Origin: a bacterium
GTDB taxonomy: Bacteria > SAR324 > NAC60-12
DNA: 20,267 nucleotides
Direction: 5' to 3'
Assembly: GCA_965233585.1 (NCBI GenBank)
Contig: CBDDTI010000334.1
Span: 1-20,267 of the forward strand
A model generated the notes under the pieces. It had not been told where the DNA came from, made no database searches, and worked only from the letters and a program-made list of their open reading frames with translations. Made by a program: the position numbers and the translations under genes. Of this stretch, positions 1 through 11,031 are shown piece after piece (within the stretch, counting starts at the first letter, position 1; each line of letters opens with the position of its first letter).

Positions 1-1138
1 AATGACAACTACAATAAATACAAAAATAGGTGAGACTATAAAAAGAACATATTAAAATGGGAGAAAAATATGTATTTAAGTGTCAATAAACTAATTGTTC
101 TTTTTCAAAAGAATAGAGTATTGATTAGGGAGCGGCCTTGAATTGTTATCTGCATGACTTGTCGAAGCGGTGTGCCATGATTCTAGTGTCTTGCGGATAC
201 GAGAAGAACCTTTGTCAATCACTTGGGAATTTTTAAAGTCAATAGAGTGATTTGAAGACCAAGCGTGTTTAGCGATATTGGAACCTCTTGCGAAAGACTC
301 CACATTCCTCATGTGTTCTTTTTTTCTAGTTTCAAAGCATCTGCCAGTCTCGCCTACGTAGTTCCATGGGCAGTCAGCACAAGGTATTTTGTAAACCACG
401 TTTGGTTGAAGATCAATTGGAGGACGGGACTTAGGAGAGGGAAACTCCTGTTGTAATGTCTTGAATGGCTTACTGACAACTCGAACATCATGTTTTTTAA
501 GAAGTCTAATTAGAGGCTGAGAAATTCCGTTGATATAAGGGAGGACTGCATAATTAGAAAAATCGGAGGGTGCGGCCCATTTGAAAAACATGCAAACAAG
601 TTCCTCAGGTGTTGGAATGGCGTTGGTACGCTGAGTAGAAGATTTCTTCTTTAAAATGTTAGAGATGACGTTTTGCGGGTAATTGTTAAACGGTAGAGCG
701 TCGGTGACATGAGTAAGCTCAGTCTCTTTTCCTTGTTTCGTGTTTGGGAGATTAGTTGCGCGATGTAATAAAGTCTCAGCTGCACTGATCTTGTGTCGTT
801 TGTCGTGATGGGAGTAGAAATCCAAATACCTATCGGTATGAGTTGGTTTTCGATAAACCTCAACAATGAGATTATTGTCCTTGCGAGTGACCAAGGTGTC
901 CAGGAAGGCGATCTGGTTATTATTTTCTTCTTCAATGGTAAAGGAGATGTGTTGATCAATAGCGTTAAGTGAATTATGGAAAGAGCCAACTGCGTTTCTT
1001 TTAAGGATGCAGAAACTGTCGTCAACGTAACGTTTCCATACTTTAGGTGGAACAGGAGTTGTGTTGATGGCCATTTCTTCGATTGCTTCCATACATAAAT
1101 TGGCAACCAAAGGACTAACGGGACTGCCCATGGCACAA
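1..1138 (-). mobile_element. Penelope-like retroelement (PLE) copy A, 5'-truncated; its 3' end runs off the window start
   Basis: Encodes RT C-terminal half plus GIY-YIG. Aligns to 9854-10990 (offset 9853) with about 11 differences by eye, and to the reverse complement of about 11795-12930. Confidence 0.95.
91..1137 (-). pseudogene. Truncated PLE ORF: RT (AMGSPxSP, RYVDD, FLD, YRKPTHTDRYL) and GIY-YIG endonuclease (VVYKIPCADC...YVGETGR)
   Basis: The frame is open from the truncation point (CAMG) to the TAG at 91-93. The ORF-track start MIKKN comes from junction sequence, not from the element. Confidence 0.92.
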
Positions 1139-1148
1139 TTTTTTTTGA

Positions 1149-1285
1149 TCATTTTTTTCCATTTTTATCCATTGAAGGCTGTAGCTTGACAGCCGAAAGC
1201 TTGAAGTTTTTAAATTGTATATAGCCAGTGAACGTTTTTAAATTTTTAACATGTCTTACCGTGGCTACGGATCTTCTATTTTTAA
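1149..1285 (+). mobile_element. Inverted PLE 3'-end (pseudo-LTR) fragment with about 35-nt terminal tail, joined to the truncated 5' end of copy A
   Basis: Matches about 12926-13062 (tccattgaaggctgtag...gaaagcttg...atgtcttacc.tggctacgg.tcttctatttttaa). Inverted pLTR pieces at the 5' end are a known PLE insertion structure. Confidence 0.9.
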
Positions 1286-1374
1286 AAGAAAAAAAATTGT
1301 ACAGCATTTTTCGTTCTTTAAAAGATATGATCTATATGAATTGAAATTTACAGATTATTGGTATTTCTGAAATT

Positions 1375-1780
1375 TCCATTGAGAAATATAGCCAAGTGAA
1401 CATCATAATAGAACCAGATATTAGCTTTAGAGTCTAAGTTGTTATTAATAAAGTTCACTTGTAAAGTTTATTTGTCTTGCTCTCTTGATTGCGTTTTGTA
1501 GTGTGGTCCGGTGTTGAGATGTAAGAATCTATTCTGTTATCAGATGCTTTGAACAGCCATTGCCCAGGAAAAGCAGCATCAGCTTAAATGTGTCGGTATC
1601 TCCAATGGGTTTCTTCCTAAATAATTGCTGGATGTCTTGCGGCCAGGTGGATAATGGGTAAAAAGCATCTCTATTTAACAGAGTAAGTAAATTCCTTCTT
1701 TTTTGGATTAATCTTGGCTTTGGTAGATCCAGTATAGATATGTTAAAAATTTCAGTAGCAGAAAATTGGTCCATAACCAT
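1375..1780 (-). pseudogene. Decayed intronless small gene of unknown function
   Basis: ORF 1529-1780 continues past its TAG as ILTSQH..KRARQINF. After a 13-bp imperfect duplication that shifts frame, it continues as INNNLDSKANIWFYYDVHLAIFLNG. The second copy at 2226-2501 has TGG at two codons that are Arg here, and CGG where this copy has the TAG. Confidence 0.6.
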
Positions 1781-2225
1781 AACGAACTTGGTTAAGTAAA
1801 AATTTTTGGATATAAAATTTACATGTGAGAAATATTTTCATGTGAGAAAAAAAAAAATTAACTAGTAAATAAGCAGTATGAAACTGATTTGAAAGGGATA
1901 TAATAAAAAGAAACCAAAATATTGTGTATGGTGTCACTGAAATTCATCTTAAAATTCTGATCCTCAGTTGATGGTCAGAAACTATTGACCTAGAAAAGAT
2001 TTCATTATAATTGAGTTGTGAAATTGTTTCCTTTCAATTGAGTTGTGAATTTGTTTTTTTGTGGAGTTGTGAAATTAATTCTTTTCTAAGGAAAAATTCT
2101 CTTTTCTTATCTATTCAATTGTGTGCTGCATACAGCTATATTGCTAGAGATAATTTATTTTATTTGTTTTAATCATATCTAATCGATTTTGAGGCTGGAA
2201 AAATGAAATTCTTCTAATTGATATA

Positions 2226-2501
2226 TCCAATGGGTTTCTTCCAAAATAATTGCTGGATGTCTTGTGGCCAGGTGGATAATGGGTAAAAAGCATCTTTATT
2301 TAACAGAGTAAGTAAATTCCTTCTTTTTTGGATTAATCTTGGCTTTGGTAGATCAAGTATAGACGTGTTGAAAATTTCAGTAGCTTTAGAGTCTAAGTTT
2401 TTGTTAATAAAGTTTATTTATAAAGTTTATTTGTCTTGCTCTCTTGACTCCTTTTTTTAGTGTGGTCCAGTGTTGAGATGTTAGAATCCGTTCTGTTATC
2501 A
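2226..2501. repeat. Permuted duplicate of the relic gene: 2226-2384 = 1601-1759, 2381-2501 = 1422-1541
   Basis: Direct alignment. The two blocks are swapped in order and joined through a TAGC microhomology at 2381-2384. Confidence 0.9.
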
Positions 2502-2503
2502 AT

Positions 2504-2710
2504 TGTCGTCATCGTCATTGTTATCGTTGTTGTCATCCTTATCTTTATCATCCTTATCATCCTTATCCTCATCCTCATCCTCATCGTCATCATGATCGTC
2601 ATCATTCTCCTCATTATCATCGCCATCGTCTTCATCATCATCACCATCATTATCATTATAGTGGTTGTCATCATCATGATCATCTTCATTAACCTCATAG
2701 TCATCATTAT
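2504..2710. repeat. Degenerate (ATC/GTC/CTC)n trinucleotide microsatellite
   Basis: Visible 3-bp periodicity; explains the poly-Ile and poly-Met pseudo-ORFs. Confidence 0.9.
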
Positions 2711-2772
2711 GCTCTATTAAGTTAGAAAATCCAGAGATCAGTAAGAAGAGTCACTGAAATTTCAAAACAAGC

Positions 2773-3256
<484 letters not shown>

Positions 3257-3754
3257 TTTACAATTTTATGTTAAGGTACAAAATTGAAGACTAGATATTG
3301 TAGGCCAAGTTCTGCGAGGTCCATGGATGTCAAAAGAAAAGAAACCTGTCAATATTCAGCCATCTTGACCGAATGAGCTTGGTAAATAAAGGATTTATCA
3401 TATGTCATAAAGAGCACCCTTTACTTGCGGCCATCCCTCGTGCACAGGATAGCGCCATCTTGCCTGCTCTCAGGTAGCCAACCACAGAGTACGAATAGGC
3501 ATCCTACCAGCTCACGGAGATAGCTGAACAATAAAGGATATTGTAGTATTTAATTCCTTTTTAAACAATAAGGAAATAACTTTGTATCTCTTAACTGTAA
3601 ATCCCTGAAACAGAAAAATAATACAATGAGAACGTTAAAAGCGATGGCTCAGAACTTTGTTGTTTATAGTGGTCAATGCGCTTAGCTACACCTAACTAAC
3701 TCACAGGCACGCTACTTAAACTGAAAAAAAAAACCAAATTTGTTAACTAAGCAT

Positions 3755-3900
3755 TAACAGGCTTAAAAGTCCCAACTGTTGCCATTTACAAGCATGACCG
3801 AGGAGCTGAACTAGGGTCCACCGAGAAACAACTCTGCTCCAGTTCAGTGGTGAGGGCAGATTTCAATTCTGGCACTCTAACCACTCGGGCACGCTGCCTT
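3755..3900 (-). mobile_element. Degenerate tRNA-derived SINE, probably with a Nin-type central domain
   Basis: Minus strand begins AGGCAGCGTGCCCGAGTGGTTAGAGTGC (tRNA-like head with A box; B-box region deleted). It continues GTTGTTTCTCGGTGGACCCTAGTTCAGCTCCTCGGTCATGCTTGTAAATGGC..CAGTTGGGACTTTTAA, which resembles the Nin domain from memory. Confidence 0.65.
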
Positions 3901-3973
3901 CTCTCGCCATGGTCAATACAGTGCAAGTGTAAAACCATCAAATTTATACAATAAAGAGTAAATTGCTACTTAC

Positions 3974-4080
3974 CATCTGGCTTTGCCACAGGAAAACCTC
4001 AGAGAGGTGTCAACACGGTTAACAGACAGATAAGTAGCAGTGTCCTTGGAGCCATTTTCTTGAGTTCGGTGAAGCTTACC
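3974..4080 (-). pseudogene. Putative first coding exon of a secreted protein (signal peptide) with in-frame TGA
   Basis: Acceptor TTACAG ends at 4081. ATG at 4055 in context AAAATGG. Translation MAPRTLLLICLLTVLTPL*GFPVAKPD is followed by a phase-1 donor G|GTAAGT at 3973. A candidate 5'UTR exon lies at 4205-4141 (TTTCTTTCAG acceptor, CTG|GTAAAC donor). Confidence 0.5.
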
Positions 4081-4768
4081 CTGTAAGATTACTTGGTATA
4101 ATGATGTACTCGTTAGTGTACTTCCAATTTATTCGTTTACCAGGTAGTTTTAGAAACAGTTCTAGAAGCAATTGTACTGAGGATATCGTCACTTTGTTAA
4201 ATACTCTGAAAGAAATATACAAAGGATCCTTTAAGTTACCAAAGAAAAAAGTGTTTTAAATATAGTTCAAGTATATATTAAAATGGACGGCGGGTAAGAA
4301 AGAAAAGCAGGTGGGCATTGATTTTCCATCGAATTGGTGTTTTAAATTATTTTCTAGAATTGGTATATATTTTTACTAAATTATGTTCTTGAGTAGGCAT
4401 ATTATTCATTAAATTATCTTCTGAAAACCTTTTCTTTATGGTTTTTTATTACCTAATTCTATTGTATTTTCCCCTATATTGTCCTCGCTTTGATTCAAAG
4501 AAATTTTGTATTATTTAACTTTGATCTATATTTTTCTTGAGCTGTTGCCATGGTAAAAAAATGCTTTCGTCAGTGTTCTGTGCTACCCTTGACGACTAAC
4601 ACCAATTTAAAACTCCAATAATGCAGGTAGTAATGAAACTCTGAAGGGAGATTTAAAGAAAGACGTTGTGTTTCCTTTCTAAAGACATTTGAGTATATAT
4701 TTGAGATCTTTTTGTTTCAAGTCATTATTTTTACCAGTTTTCCAGCGAACTGTTCATGTTACCTTTAA

Positions 4769-5409
4769 GGGGGGAGAAACTTAACTACAAGTCTGTTGCT
4801 AAGGAAATCTGAAAACCTCCTTTTTTGGCTCCTGAAGTCCAGTAGACATCAAAGTTTACCGTGTTTGTTCGATTCACGTTTCCTTTAAATGTTTCGATTT
4901 ACCAAATCCATATTTGGTATGTCACGTGACCACAATAGAAAACGTCTAAAACTCGGACTGAGTGGATCGTTTTCGAAATATAACAATACATTTTGCCAAA
5001 ACACGGCATTATCTACAATTTGTAGTATGCGTTTGAAGAAATGTACAATATTTCGAAAATTATAGAAGTTTAAGTGCTTTTATAGAATCTTAAAGATCTA
5101 TAATTTTTGAAATATTGTACATTCCCTCAAACGCATACTACAAGTTGTAGATAATGCCGTGTTTTGGCAAAATGTATTGTTATATTTCGAAAATGATCCA
5201 TTCAGTCCGAGTTTTTAGACGTTTTCTATTGTGGTCACGTGACATACCAAATATGGGCATGGTTCGAAACATTTAAAGGAAACGTGAATCGAACAAACAC
5301 GATAAACTTTGATGTCCACTGGACTTCAGGAGCCAAAAAAAAGGAGGTTTTGAGATTTCCTTAGCAACAGACTTGTACAGCTGTTGTAGTTAAGTTTCTC
5401 CCCCGGCCC
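4769..5409. mobile_element. Palindromic non-autonomous DNA transposon (MITE/foldback) with TTAA target duplication, Kolobok-like GG..CC termini
   Basis: Arms of about 300 bp are near-perfect inverted repeats around a short spacer at about 5075-5088. TTAA at 4765-4768 and 5410-5413. Confidence 0.88.
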
Positions 5410-5571
5410 TTAAGTGTATAACAAAGGTCGAGAAAAAAAAGGCTATTGAACAATTGAAAAATGTCTTTGAAAGTTGGATGATTGTCCAGACGATGAAGAG
5501 TAAACAAACCGAAATAAGTTTTTTAGTTTAAAAAGCTGAAGTCCTCAAAATCTAATAATCTCTATAGTGGG

Positions 5572-5663
5572 TATCCTCCTACGCAGACGATCTTTGAGCT
5601 CTTGGGGAAGGACGGTACGATTTTGCGTGCCCAGCCTATAGAGGGTCCGTGTAGGAGGCAGTA
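5572..5663. mobile_element. Very short degenerate MITE
   Basis: Imperfect TIRs cctcctacgcagac / gtccgtgtaggagg, flanked by tagtggg / cagtggg as a probable TSD. Confidence 0.5.
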
Positions 5664-6816
5664 CAGTGGGTGGCGAATCGTAAATTTTATTATTAAGCTG
5701 TAGGTCAAAATGTTGTCCCTTTGTTATTTGTCAGTGAGAATTATAAGAGAAACCATTTTCTTTATGGAATTATTTGTGAACGCTTATGGGCTTAAAAAAA
5801 GACAGTCATCAATGTGTAGCACTTTACATTGTCAGTAATAAGTAGAAATCACTCGTTAGTTAACGTCATATTTACTATTGTCTGTTATATTCGTGTATAT
5901 TCCTCCATATTCGCATATGGAAATATTGAAATTTTTTGAAACGAAATGGACCCTTTTGTATACTTAAAGTCAGTTTACAATAGATGAAAGTCAGAGAGTT
6001 TGAACGAATTTTGAAAACAAGGGGTTTAAAAATTGAACATCATGCCACAAATAGAGTGGCAAATGTTCAATATTTTTTTCAATGCTCAATTACCTGTGTC
6101 AACTAATCTGCAATTTGCCGTATTTAATTTACTCCTCTTGCTCTCATGGGTTGATAACAACTTTGCCTGATATTATATGTGTCATGACCTCCAATGTTGT
6201 GTTCTCTCTGTTGTTAAGGTAAACAAAGTTTTCATTATTCTTTTTTCTGTTATGAGTAATATAACGTTTCCCTAGATCGAAACAGTTCTAGATAGGTACC
6301 GAAAGTTGCTTTTGGTCAGCGTATAAGACTTCAAATCTATTGTGCTATCCCCAAATAGAACGTAAGTTTGGTTGTAACCGAACATGGACTGTGTGATAGC
6401 AAGAAAAGCATTTTGTCACTTCAAACGAATACTTGATAACGTTTACTATAAATATATTAAAATTTTATTTTCAAATTTCAGGGCCAATGCGAGTATCAGA
6501 GGCAAACTGAGGTACTTGCCTCAGTATTGTTTTCCTCTCTGTTTTTTTTTTTTTTTGGGGGGGGGGGGGGGGTGAATTAAAGCACAGCAAGACACCCAGG
6601 AGGAGACTTTACTGTGGACATAACATTGCCTAGACATTGCCAGTGGTATTGTGTGGCTATGAGCCTGAATTTAAGGTTTAATGTTGGGAAAATCGTGACA
6701 GGTGTTATTTTAGGCGCTTTAGTCTAGTACTACCAGTGTCTAGACCACAATTCTTTATTGTTAAGTGGTAAGTGTGTGTGCTATCGAAACAACTTAATTA
6801 GACTCAATAATATACG

Positions 6817-7066
6817 AAAGAGGGTAAGTTTCTAAAGAAACTGTTGTGCTGCGTCGGTGGGAGTATTACAAGATAATTTGGTTTTATCAACTGAGTTGAC
6901 GACGTAACTTGGCCACCGTAAAGAGATTTGAAAGCTCACGTTTCGAGCGTTAGCCCTTCGTCGGAGCGAATCCGACTAAGGGCTAACGTTCGACACGTCA
7001 GCTTTCGAATCTCTTTACGGTGGCCAATTTACATCGTCAACTCAGTTGATAAAACCAAATTATCTT
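6817..7066. mobile_element. Short PLE-type terminal insertion folded as a 96-bp-arm palindrome, with 11-bp TSD
   Basis: Arms 6870-6965 and 6971-7066 around loop GCGAA, plus a 53-bp unpaired tail at 6817-6869. AATAATATACG is duplicated at 6806-6816 and 7067-7077. Confidence 0.85.
6932..6965 (-). ncRNA. Degenerate minimal hammerhead ribozyme motif; a mirror copy is on + at 6971-7004
   Basis: Minus strand reads CCGACGA-A-GGGC-TAAC-GCTC-GAAA-CGTG, versus canonical CUGANGA-stemII-GAAA..GUC. The plus copy reads CCGACTA-A-GGGCTAACGTTC-GACA-CGTC. Confidence 0.65.
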
Positions 7067-7190
7067 AATAATATACGTTTACATTGATAGTAAGACTACT
7101 TTTTCATATAAGCCGAATAATTCTTTCGTCTCTAGGTAATATAATTTTTATTGACATGTCATATCTACTCTTCTTCTTCGTCAAATATGT

Positions 7191-7477
7191 CATAGTTAAT
7201 AGAGGGGAATGGTTATGAAACTCGTCAAAGTTCTTTGTTGTATGTTATTGTTCCATTTTTTGGCCTTGACCCTGCACAAAACACAATAGTTGTTTACTCC
7301 GAACTGAGGAACTAACCAATAGAAAAGTGTTGGTTACCGGTAACTCATGCATAGTGAATGAGGAGAAAACAAAAGATATTGCATGGTCATGGACCTTTCA
7401 ACGTAACTGGCTTGGCATTTTTGTTTGTTCCTTTGATGTTTGCCGGGCTTCCTAACCAGTCCCCTCTATTAACTATG
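7191..7477. mobile_element. MITE with about 40-bp imperfect TIRs and CATAG termini (possibly P-superfamily)
   Basis: CATAGTTAATAGAGGGGA at 7191 and TCCCCTCTATTAACTATG ending at 7477. Flanks aatatgt / gttatgt are only a partial TSD. Confidence 0.75.
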
Positions 7478-8815
7478 GTTATGTCAGTCATAGCATATTA
7501 ATGGATACCACCAACGTACAGATAATAAAAGATGTTTGAGTGAACGCCAAATTACTCGTTGAAAATGAATGAACTTTGGCCAGGATATGACATCCTATGG
7601 CTTGTATATTGCACCTGATTACAGGGAAGAAAAAAATAGACAACAGTTTGGCCTTGATTTCTTACTTTTAATAATCGACAACTTTGGTTTTAAATGAGTT
7701 TTAACACTTAAATTTGGAAATATATGATTTGTTTCTTGGATTAAGGACAGTCAAGTAATTACTGGCGAAGTTTCCTTTTCATCTTTTGTTGCTAAAATGT
7801 CTGATATATTGCAAGACTAGACGTCTATTTATTATTATAACAGTGTACTATCGAAACAATACAAAACTCAAATATCCATTTTTCGTAAAGCATCTCATTG
7901 TACTAGGCTTTCATTTTCTTAGTGATAAATTAGATTAAAGTGAGCGATTTCTCACGCTCTTGATTTGCTGTTTTGAAATCAAGTTAATCAGATTGTTTGT
8001 GAATGGAGTGAAGAGAAATTATAATGTTCTAAAGGATTTTGTTCACCGTTGCTATAAATTCCTATTCTTCTCTATTTTTGGTCAACAAATATATTGCCAT
8101 AATATCATAATAGCGGTCGGTTTCCTACGGAAAGGTATTCAGTTTGCTGAAAACAGGCTACTTTCTTAATCTTATTACCAACTGTTATTAGTAGCAGGGA
8201 TTTGAGAGATTAATCAGAGTAGCACACTGAATGAAGTCAAGTCGCTTAGGGGAAGTTACAATTTCTTACAAAACAAGCCTGGGAAATTTTTTGACTTCAA
8301 TAGCAGGTTAAATATATTGTCAACCCGAATTTGCCCGATTTTCTGTGGATATTTAAAGTTAAATAAGCACTCTTTTCTTGTGGTATCAAATCGTTTGCAA
8401 AACATTCAAAAGTACCATTTAATATAAGCTCGCATTCATAAGCACAGTATCATAAGTTTCAGTACTTTCATAAATATTGCAAATTGACGGGAAAAACTTG
8501 CATGCCGACATCATTAAGAGAACTAACCATCTAAATATAGCATCCAGAAACCCGGTAAAAACATATCGCTTTAAGTTCTCTTTGCCTCTTGTACTAACCC
8601 AATCTGGCGTCCCGTCTTAAGTTTGTAAATTTGGAAGGTAAGCCTATACAGATGACGAGTTTTACATGTTTTGTATGTCAAAATGACCTGAGATTCTCGG
8701 AATGGTTGTAAGAAAGGGTGTAATTTTTTTCGCTTTATGTTCTGAACATACATGAAGCCCAAAATGAATAATTCATTTCTCAGATGTTAGTATCATGTAA
8801 TATATCGTTTATTTT

Positions 8816-8841
8816 TTAATTAATTAATTAATTAATTAATT
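8816..8841. repeat. (TTAA)6 microsatellite
   Basis: Direct reading. Confidence 0.85.
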
Positions 8842-9759
8842 GGGAATAAATGCTGTTTATCTTTAATGATTTCTCTCCTTAGTTTTTCCTAAAGAAAACG
8901 ACAAAAAGTTAAATAAAGCGGCTTAACCTTGAAAGAGTATATTTTAATTTGTGGCTGTTAATCACCTTAAATGGCGATTCTTTCAGTAATCTGTGAAATC
9001 AAACTCAATTTGAGGGCTCTTGAAATGCGAGTTTTGAAGGCTTATTCTCACGATCTTTTTTTTTTATGTAACTTTTATGTCATTTTTTAGAAGGTAGGGA
9101 GCCAATGCGTTGTATCCTGATTTATTCATTTAAGATAACAAACATTTCACCTATTGGTGATCAATCGAAGTGATTTATCTGGGAAACTAACTTGCAATCA
9201 GGAGTTACATATAAAATCGTGTAAGAACCGACCACTCAAATTTTCGTAAAAAATGGATTGTCTTCATTTTTTCTACACAAGTCAAGAAACATATGCAATG
9301 AACGAAAATGGCCTTTATTTCGATAGATTCGCTTTTTTAATTTTTTGAGGAATTTTTTTTTTGTAGACACCCCGAAAACTACACAAACCCTGAAAAATGG
9401 GGGTTACGTTATGCTTGCTGAAACTTCGCACATTGAATGAAACAACCTAATTCTTTCAGGATCACTGCATAATTCTTTCTGCTTTCCACACAACTAAAAA
9501 CTATCTGCCTATCTTAAACGCAAGCAAATTTATGACGTTTTTACCTGATCTCTAAAAAACGTCTTTGCCGTCTTTGCCAAAATAGCCTCCAAACAAACTT
9601 TTACCCAAGGGGTGTCCATTTAAAACATAAAAATTATAATTGAAATACAGAGACAAAATTTGTAAGTTTAAATGATTTAATGTAATGCAAACATTGTTTG
9701 AAAATTACACATAGTATTTGAAAAATTGAATACCCTCTTGTTATTGAAAAGAAAAAAAA

Positions 9760-11031
9760 TTAAAAATTTAAAAACGTTCACTGGCTATATACAATTAAAA
9801 AACTTCAAGCTTTCGGCTGTCAAGCTACAGCCTTCAATGGATAAAAATGGAAAAATGACAACTACAATAAATACAAAAATAGGTGAGACTATAAAAAGAA
9901 TATATTAAAATGGGAGAAAAATATGTATTTAAGTGTCAATAAACTAATTGTTCTTTTTCAAAAGAATAGAGTATTGATTAGGGAGCGGCCTTGAATTGTT
10001 ATCTGCATGACTTGTCGAAGCGGTGTGCCATGATTCTAGTGTCTTGCGGATACGAGAAGAACCTTTGTCAATCACTTGGGAATTTTTAAAGTCAATAGAG
10101 TGATTTGAAGACCAAGCGTGTTTTGCGATATTGGAACCTCTTGCGAAAGACTCCACATTCCTCATGTGTTCTTTTTTTCTAGTTTCAAAGCATCTGCCAG
10201 TCTCGCCTACGTAGTTCCATGGGCAGTCAGCACAAGGTATTTTGTAAACCACGTTTGGTTGAAGATCAATTGGAGGACGGGACTTAGGAGAGGGAAACTC
10301 CTGTTGTAATGTCTTGAATGGCTTACTGACAACTCGAACATCATGTTTTTTAAGAAGTCTAATTAGAGGCTGAGAAATTCCGTTGATATAAGGGAGGACT
10401 GCATAATTAGAAAAATCGGAGGGTGCGGCCCATTTGAAAAACATGCAAACAAGTTCCTCAGGTGTTGGAATGGCGTTGGTACGCTGAGTAGAAGATTCTT
10501 CTTTAAAATGTTAGAGATGACGTTTTGGGGGTAATTGTTAAACCGTAGAGCGTCGGTGACATGAGTAAGTTCAGTCTCTTTTCCTTGTTTCGTGTTTGGG
10601 AGATTAGTTGCGCGATGTAATAAAGTCTCAGCTGCACTGATCTTGTGTCGTTTGTCGTGATGGGAGTAGAAATCCAAATACCTATCGGTATGAGTTGGTT
10701 TTCGATAAACCTCAACAATGAGATTACTGTCCTTGCGAGTGACCAAGGTGTCCAGGAAGGCGATCTGGTTATTATTTTCTTCTTCAATGGTAAAGGAGAT
10801 GTGTTGATCAATAGCGTTAAGTGAATTATGGAAAGAGCCAACTGCGTTTCTTTTAATGATGCAGAAACTGTCGTCAACGTAACGTTTCCATACTTTAGGT
10901 GGAACAGGAGTTGTGTTGATGGTCATTTCTTCGATTGCTTCCATACATAAATTGGCAACCACAGGACTAACGGGACTGCCCATGGTACAACCATGGATCT
11001 GCTTATAAACACTGTCATTGTAGACGAAATA
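9760..11031 (-). mobile_element. PLE copy B, 5'-truncated, left arm of a head-to-head pair; lacks the terminal tail
   Basis: Reverse complement of about 11754-13026 and about 99% identical to copy A. Confidence 0.95.
9944..11030 (-). pseudogene. Frameshifted PLE RT/GIY-YIG ORF
   Basis: ORFs 10363-10983 and 9944-10444 are joined by a 1-bp deletion at about 10496 (gaagattctt here, gaagatttctt in copy A). Confidence 0.93.

Noticed and set aside
3300..3530. Segment resembling a common dispersed cnidarian repeat
   Set aside because: Too degenerate; no termini or internal structure can be shown from this window alone.
9366..9616. GACACCCC / GGGGTGTC 8-bp inverted pair as a possible MITE
   Set aside because: Too short, does not extend, and has no TSD.
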